Part shown: piece by piece, positions 57,037 to 64,000 of the stretch
Numbering within the stretch: the first letter of the stretch is position 1
Layout of the letters: each line of letters starts with the position of its first letter
Assembly: GCA_014905635.1 (NCBI GenBank)
Contig: CM026548.1
Coordinates: 124,001-188,000 of the forward strand
DNA: 64,000 nt
Source: Scenedesmus sp. PABB004
Lineage: Eukaryota
Direction: 5' to 3'
Translations under genes and position numbers: made by a program
Notes under the pieces: generated by a model
What the model saw: only the letters and a program-made list of their open reading frames with translations
What the model was told of the DNA's origin: nothing
Databases searched by the model: none

Positions 57037-60000
57037 TCAGAAGAAGGGGCTCGGCCTGCCGAGCCGGCCGCCGCCCTGGCCGCCGTTCTGAAACACAAAG
57101 CCGCCGCCGCCCGGCATGCCGTCCAGGCCGGGCGCGCCGCCCAGGCCGCCCGGCCCGCCGCCCAGGCCGCCGGGCCCCCCAGGCCCTGCAGCACCTGCTG
57201 GCCGTCCAGGCCCGCGAGCCCGCCGCCCTTGGGCGTGGCGGCGCCGCCGCCGCCAAAGCCGCCGAGCGGTCCGCCATAGGTGAGGCCCGGCGGGTCGGCG
57301 CCGCCGCCGCCGCCGGCGCCGCCGCCCTCCACGCTGCCGACGCTCGCGGGGCCGCGGAAGCCGCCAAAGGCGCCGCCGCCGAGCAGGCCGCCGCCGCCGA
57401 GGCCGCCCGGGGCGCCGCCGCCGCCGCCGCCGCCGCTGGCGCCGCCGTCGCCAATGACGCCCATGCCGAGGCTGAAGCCGCCCAGCGCGGGCAGCGAGGG
57501 GTCCATGGCGCTGCGGCCGAGGCTGTTGGCGCCGAGGCCGCCCAGGCCGGTCGAGCCGGACGACGGCGGCCCCGACGCGCCAAAGCCGCCGCCGCCGCCG
57601 CCGCCACCGCCGCCCGGGAAGAGCGCGCCGACGCCGCCCTGGCCGCCGGGCAGCGGGCCGCTGCCGCCGCTGAGGCGCGGCTGCTGCGCCAGCAGGCCGC
57701 CGCCGTCCAACATGCCGGGCTGCTGCTGCGGCGGCGGCGTGCCCTGGCCCTGCTGCATGAAGAGCTGCTGGCCCTGCTGCCCGAGCTGGCCGAGCGTGGG
57801 CTGCGGCGGGCCGTGCTGGGGCGGCTGGCCCTGCTGCTGCCCGAGCAGCCCGCCCTGCAGCTGCTGCACCATGGCGGCCGAGAGCGCCATGCCGCCGCCG
57901 CCGAGGCCCTGCTGCTGCGGCATCTGCATCTGCATGCCGCCGCCCGAGAGCGCCAGCCCCTGGCTGAGCGCGAGCAGCTGCTGGTGCTGCTGGTGCAGGG
58001 CGTGCTGGGCCTGCTGCTGCTGCTGCGCCTGCTGCTGCTGCTGCATGCCCTGCAGCTGCATGAGCATGTCCTGCTGCGCCGCCGAGACCGCGGGGTGGCC
58101 AAACTGCTGCTCCATGAAGCCGCCCTGCTGCTGCGCCGCGAGCTGTGCCTGCTGCGCGGCGGCCTGCTGCTGGAGCTGCTGCAGCTGCTGCTGCTGCTGG
58201 TACTGCAGCTGCTGCTGCGCCTGCTGCGCCTGCAGCTGCTGCTGCAGCGCCGCGGCCTGCGCCTGCGCCTGCTGCTGCGCCTGCAGCTGCGCCTGCAGCT
58301 GCGCCTGCTGCTGCTGCGCCTGCTGCTGCTGCAGCTGCGCCTGCAGCTGCTGCTGCATCGCCTGCTGCTGCATCTTCTGGCGCTGCAGCTGCATGGCCGA
58401 CGACTGCGCGCCGCCGTAGAACTGCGCCGCGCCGCCGCCCTGGCCCGCGGGCAGCAGCTCTCCGTTGGGGCCGAGCATGAAGACGCCCTGGCTGGTCTGG
58501 ATCGTCTGCATGGGCTGCTGCGCCTGCGCCTGCGCCTGCTGCTGCGCCTGCTGGAACTGCGCAAACTGCTGCTGCTGCGCCGCCTGCTGCTGCTGCTGCG
58601 CCTGCAGCTGCTGCTGCTGCTGCTGCTGCAGCGCAAACTGCTGCAGCTGCATGTGCTGCTGCTGCGGCTGCTGCTGCAGCATCGCCTGCTGGAACGCGGG
58701 CTGCTGCGCCATGACCTGCTGCTGCTGGCGCTCCGGGACGAGCACCTGGCGCCCGTCGGCGGTCGTGAGCAGCACCATGCCGCCCTGCCCGGCGCCGCCG
58801 GGCGCGCCGAGCCCGCCGCCGCCCTGCACCTGCATGGGCATGCCCTGGAGCACCACCATCTGCTGCTGCTGCCCGCCGGGCCGCACCATCTGCTGCTGCG
58901 GCGAGGGCTGCTGCTGCTGCTGCTGCACGATCACGTAGCCCGGCGGCGCGACGAGCTGCTGCGCGCCCATCGCGGGCCGCGCCCCCTGCTGCTGCATCAT
59001 GAGCCCGCCGGGCGTGACAAACTGCAGCCCGCCGGCGGGCCGCGGCCCGCCGAGGCCCGGCTGGCCAACCAGCTGGTACGGCTGCCCGCCGCCGCCCGGC
59101 GCGGCGCGCACGATCTGGCCGTGCTGGTTGACCAGCACGCTGCCCGGGGGCAGCTCCAGGAGCTCCCCGCCGGGGCCGTAGCCCGCGCGGGGGCGCACAC
59201 CGGGCACCGTCGGCCGCATGCCCGCGCCCACGCCGGCGGGCAGGAACATCGGCCGCCCCGCGACGCCGGGCACCAGGCCCGGCCGCCCCGCGGGCCCGCG
59301 CGGGAACGCGCCGGGGAAGCCCTGCGAGGCGGCCATGGCGTACACGGGCGACATGCCGCCGCTGCCGGGGCCGATGGGCATGTGGCCCATGCCGGGCACC
59401 AGCCCGCCGCTCGCGGCGTGGCCGGGCATGAGCCCCAGCCCCGGCTGCCCGGGGCGCAGCTGCAGCAGCGCGTCGCCCGCGCCCGCGGCGCCGGCCGCCG
59501 CCGCGGGCGCGGGCGCGCCGGGCGCGGCGCCGCGGCCGGCCGCGGCGAGCTTGATCACGAGCCGCACCAGCTTCCGCTCCTCGGCCGGCGGCGGCGGCGG
59601 TGCGGGCGTGATGCGCAGCCGCACGCGCACGTCGGGCACGACCGGCTCCGGCGCCAGCGGCGTGAGGCGCAGCCGCACGGCGGGCTCGCCGTCGGGGCCG
59701 GCGGCCACCTCGAGCGCCGCGGCGAGCAGGCGCTGGGGCGGGGCCGCGTCAAAGACCTCGAGCGCCACGCGCAGCAGCGGCGGGTCCTCCAGCACGAGCT
59801 GGACGCTCAGCGGCTGCGCCGCGGCGCCGGCGCCGGCCGCGGCCTGCGGGGCGGCGCGGGCGGTGGTCGGCGCGCGCGCGCGGGCGGGCGCGCGTGCCAG
59901 CTGCGTCGGCGTGCCGCGCCGCCGCGCGGCGCAGCGGCGCGCCTGCAGCGCCGCGTGGTGCAGCCGGAAGGTGTCGGTGAACGCCTCGGCGCCCGCCAGC

Positions 60001-60953
60001 TGCAGCAGCAGGTCGGGCAGGCCCGGCGCGTGCGCGATGTTCAGCGCGTCGCCCACGGCCGCCACGGTGCGGATGCTCTCCAGCGGCAGCATCAGCCTGC
60101 GGCGCGCGGCGGCGGCGCGGCCAGGGCCTTGCAGGACGGGCGCGCGCGCACGCCCGCGCGCTTGCAGGACGGGGCGCGCGGTTGCTTGCAGGACGGCGGC
60201 GGGGCGGTTGCGCACCTGTACTGCTGCGCATCCATGATGTGGATGCCGCGGCTGTTGAGCCCCAGCACGACGCTGGCGGGGAGGTGGAGCTCGTGCCCGC
60301 CCGACAGCACGTGCGCGGGGCCGAGCGTGAGGCACGCGCCTGCGAGGCAGCGCGGCGCGGCGGCGCCACGCGCGGGTGGGTGGGGCCCCGCCCGGCGCGC
60401 GCCGGCACGGGGGCGGGGTGCGCGCAGCGCCGCCGCCGCCGCCGCCGCCGCCACTGCCGCGCCGCCGCCGCGCACCCGACGGCCAGCAGGACGCCATCTG
60501 CAGCACCACCGCGTGCTGGCCCTGCTTGACGAGGTGCTGCAGCAGGTTGGCGTCGGCCTGGGGCGGGTAGCGCCCGATGCAGACGTCCGCCGCGACCTGC
60601 GCCGCCGTGAGGCTGAGCACCGCCTGGTTCTGCTCGAGCGCCGCCGGCGTGCCGCCGAAGACCGCGCGCACGAGCAGCAGCGGCGCGGCCTCGCCGGGCG
60701 TCGCGGCCTTGTGCAGGCGGTCGCCGGCGGCGAGCAGCGTCGCGCCCTTGAGCAGCGTGAGCGCGTCGGTCGTGTTTGGCGCGTGCGCGTCGGGCCGGCA
60801 CAGCGTGAAGAGCGCCGCCGCCTCCGGGAAGCGCCAGATCTCGGCGATGACCTGCACGATGTCGCGCACGCGCGTGTCGGGCTCGCACCGCACCACAAAC
60901 GGCTGCACGCCGCTGCTGAACGTGACCACGCGCAGCAGCCCATTTTCGTCCAT
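57037..60953 (-). CDS. FERM-like domain protein with long Q-rich and G-rich low-complexity tails (apparent 1-nt frameshift at 57175-57180)
   Basis: Ubiquitin-like lobe (FVVRCEPDTRVRDIVQVIA...FTL), acyl-CoA-binding-protein-like lobe (LTAAQVAADVCIGRYP), PH-like lobe (VVLGLNSRGIHIMD...LESIRTV); polyQ at ~58000-58730. The 3' end is inferred from a frame correction. Confidence 0.65.
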
Positions 60954-61781
60954 CGCGCCGATCGCGCAGCCGCGCGCGCAGGCGGCGCCCAGGCTCCTGC
61001 TCGGCGCGGGGGCGGCGCGCATGGACGGCGCGGGCGGGCGGGCGGGGGCGGGCGGCGGCATGGGACCCAGCGAGCAGCAGCGCCCAGCGAGCCGCCGCAG
61101 CGCCCACGGCTGCTCCGGCGCGGACGTGACCCTCACGGCGCCGGGGCGCGCGGCGCCACGCCACGCCGCGCCGCGTGCGCGCGGGGCCGCCGCGCACCTC
61201 GTGAAGGGTGCTGCTCCGGCCGAGCCTAGCGCCCGCCCATGCCCGGGCCGGGCGTGGGGTGATGATCAGCGCCGCCGAGACGCGCCCGCGCCACGCGCCG
61301 CTGCGGCCGGCCGGCCGGGGGCGCTGCCGCTGCCTCCGCTGCCTCCTCGGCCGCCCCGAGGCGACGCAGCGTCTTCGGGGGGCCCTGAACCTCCGGGCCG
61401 CCGCGATGTGGCGTGATGGGCGCCGGCGGGCCTTGAGGCGCGCGGCCAGCGGGCAGGGCGGCAGGCACGGCGGGGTCCAATCAACCGCCCGCGGCCCCGC
61501 GCGCGCCCGCGCCACGCTCGTCGGCAGGCCCGCGCACCGCAGCACCGCCGCCGCCGCGTGCGCAGCGATCAGGCCGCGCAGCCAACAACAGCGCCGCCGC
61601 GTTCGAGCGCGCAGCGCCGCCGTCGCCGCGGAGCGCACCGCACAGCGGGCAGGCGGCAAGCTTGCCCCACACACCCGCCCGCGGGGCTTGGCCAGCGGGC
61701 CCCGCCGCCGGGCCGCCGCGGCGGGCGCGCCGCGCCCAGCGGCGGTCGCGCGCCCGCGCTGCTGCTCGCGTCGCGGGCGCG

Positions 61782-61933
61782 ATGGACGGCGCGGGCGAGC
61801 AGCCGCAGGCCAAGCGCCAGCGCCTGGCCGACGGAGAGGGCGAGCCACAGGCGCCCGGCGGCGCCGGCGACGGCGCGGGCGCAGCGGCCGAGGGCGGCGC
61901 GCAGCCGGCGGCGGCAGGCGCGCCGTCGGAGCT

Positions 61934-61966
<33 letters not shown>

Positions 61967-64000
61967 GCAGCAGCAACCAACGGACCAGCAGCAGCAGCAG
62001 CAGCAGCAGGAGCGGCCAGCGGGCCAGCAGGAGCCCCAGCCGCCGCAGCCGCCGCAGCCGGTGCCGACGTGGCGCACGCCTCAGGCGGGCCTCGCGCCCG
62101 CGCCCGCGGGCGGCACCGTCGGCGCGTACTCTCAGCGCGAGGACCACCTAATGCGCCAGGAGGCGGCGGGGGACATCGAGTTTGCGTACGTCCTCAACGA
62201 CGGCAGCCCCACCAACATGATGCGGTGCGGCGCGGCGGCGCGCGGCGCGGCGCGGCGCGGCGCGGGCGGGGCCCGCCGCGCCCGCGGCGGCGGCCCGCGC
62301 GACGCCCGCCTTGACGACGCGCGCGCCCGCGCGCGCGCCCGCCCGCGGCGGGGCAGGCTGATGGGCCTGAAGGGCATCTTCAGCAAGCAGCTGCCCAACA
62401 TGCCGCGCGAGTACATCTGCCGCCTGCTGCTCAACCGCCGGCACCGCTCGTGCGCGCTCGTGTCGCGCGGCGGCACCGTGCTCGGCGGCATCACGTGGCG
62501 CGTCTTCGCGCAGCAGGTGCGGCGCACCTGCCCGCGGCGCGGCCCCGGCGCGGCGCGCGGCGCGCGGCGCGCGCGTCGGTGCTCGCGCCGCCCCGGCATG
62601 CACGCCGGCGCCGCCGGGGCCGCCCCCACACACGCGCACCCCCGCCCCCCCCCCCCACCACCACCACCACCTCCCTCTCCCCGCCGGCCCCGCGCAGGGC
62701 TTTGGCGAGATCGCGTTCTGCGCCGTCGCGGCGAGCCAGCAGGTGCGGGGGTTTGGCACGCGGCTGATGAACGCGACCAAGGCCCTCGCGCGCGACGTGG
62801 ACGGCCTGCACTTCTTCCTCACCTACGCCGACAACAACGCGGTCGGCTACTTTGCAAAGCAGGCGCGCACGGAGAGGGGACCGCGGCGCGCGGGGAGGAC
62901 CACGGCCGCGGCGCGGCGCGGCGCGGGGCGGACCACGGCCGCGGCCGCGGCGCGGCACGCGGCGCGCGCGCGCGCGCGCGCGCGCGCGGCGCAGGGCGTG
63001 TGGGGCGCGGCGGCGCGTGGCGCGGCGGCGCGTCGCGGGGCGCGGCGGCGCGACAGGCCGGCGGCCGCCGCCGCCGCGCGCGCGTGTGGCAGGGCTTTAC
63101 GCGCGAGATCACGCTGCGGCGCGAGGCGTGGCTGGGGTACATCAAGGACTATGACGGCGGCACGCTCATGGAGTGCGTGATCCACCCCAAGGTCCCCTAC
63201 GCCGACCTGGTCAGCCTCTTCAAGGCGAGGCGGACAAGGCGCCGGCGCGGGCGCGCGGCCGGACAGCGCGGGCGCGGGCGCGGGCGGCCGGGCAGCGCGG
63301 CGGGCGGTGTGGCGGGCCTCCGGCGCGCCGCCGGATGCTGACGCGTGCCGTGTGCCGCTGTGCCTGCAGGTCCAGCGGGACTACCTGGACGGCCAGATCC
63401 GGCAGTACAGCAACAGGCGCGGGGAGAGGGGCCGGGCGGGCGCACGCCGCTGGCAGCGCGGGCGCGTCGGCGCCGCCCGTCCGCGTGCCCCCGCGCACGC
63501 CCGCCCGCCCGCCCGCCCGCCGCCGCGCGCAGCCACGTGGTGCACGCCGGCATCGTGCGCGCGCGCCAGCCGCTCGGCCCGCCGCCGCATGCGCGGCACG
63601 CCGACATGGCCGTGCCGCTCGACCCGCTCGCGCTGCCGGGCGTCAAGGAGGCCGGCTGGACGCCGCCGGGGCAGCCCGGGTGCGGCGCGCGCGGCGCCGG
63701 TCGCGGCGCCTTGGTCCGGCGGCGGCGGCGCCGCAGGGGGCGGGGCAGCGGGGCTGCCCCCCCCCCCCACCCACACTCGCCCCGCCCACCCCGCGCCTCT
63801 GCCGTCCAGGTACCGCCTGGTGCTGCGCGACCACAGCGTCGTCGAGCCGACCCCCGCGCACCTGCACACCTACATGGGCGGTGCGCGCCGCCGCTGCGCC
63901 GCGTGTGCCCCGCCGCCTACGCACGCCGCCGCCGCCAACGCGCCGCCGCCGCCGCCGCCGCACACGCACCGCCGCCCGCGCGCTCCGCCGCCGCCGCGCT
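61782..64000 (+). CDS. GCN5: Histone acetyltransferase GCN5/HAG1 (3' end, including the expected bromodomain, outside window)
   Basis: [28 protein letters not shown]...[51 protein letters not shown]. Three GC-AG introns. Confidence 0.96.

Noticed and set aside
33..63969. Hundreds of long overlapping Arg/Ala/Pro/Gly-rich ORFs in the supplied track (e.g. 56040-61229 +, 9485-11602 +)
   Set aside because: Stop codons are scarce at this GC content. These are antisense or off-frame shadows of spliced genes with no recognisable domains.

Overview
Extremely GC-rich (roughly 75-80% by eye), intron-dense eukaryotic nuclear DNA from a green alga. Chlorophyte origin is supported by a nuclear psbR, an OPR-like gene, TGTAA poly(A) signals and GTGCG/GTGAG donors; Sphaeropleales is an inference. 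The supplied ORF track is mostly GC-driven noise, so I rebuilt about 26 spliced genes by hand. In order: coiled-coil protein (partial), YegS/DAGK-like lipid kinase, PsbR, biotin synthase, sterol desaturase-family protein, OPR-like protein, ACC-synthase-like aminotransferase, VIR3, NDUFAF5, TDT/Ssu1-like transporter, FIS1, DUF952, TRM13, a Q/A-rich possibly LNK-like protein, ArfGAP, mitochondrial FAD-G3PDH, plastid IscA/SufA, a LisH plus homeodomain-like protein, an RSP14-like ARM protein, an MFS transporter, a cellulose-synthase-like GT2, YciI, a PSSTLRE CDK, FolB, a FERM-like polyQ protein and GCN5 (partial). CDS coordinates are gene spans including introns. Main observations: (1) about 13 of ~110-115 hand-called introns use GC donors, mostly AG|GCGCG; (2) a ~330-bp near-perfect direct repeat brackets the lipid kinase gene and duplicates the psbR upstream region; (3) a KATNAL2-type LisH domain is joined to a homeodomain-like domain with no AAA domain; (4) the CDK seems to have a ~1.8-kb U-enriched 3' UTR; (5) a stand-alone FERM-like protein; (6) a GT2 with altered catalytic motifs. 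Three apparent single-base deletions in homopolymers suggest assembly errors. No rRNA, tRNA, CRISPR array or transposase was recognised. All family assignments come from remembered motifs, not from database searches.
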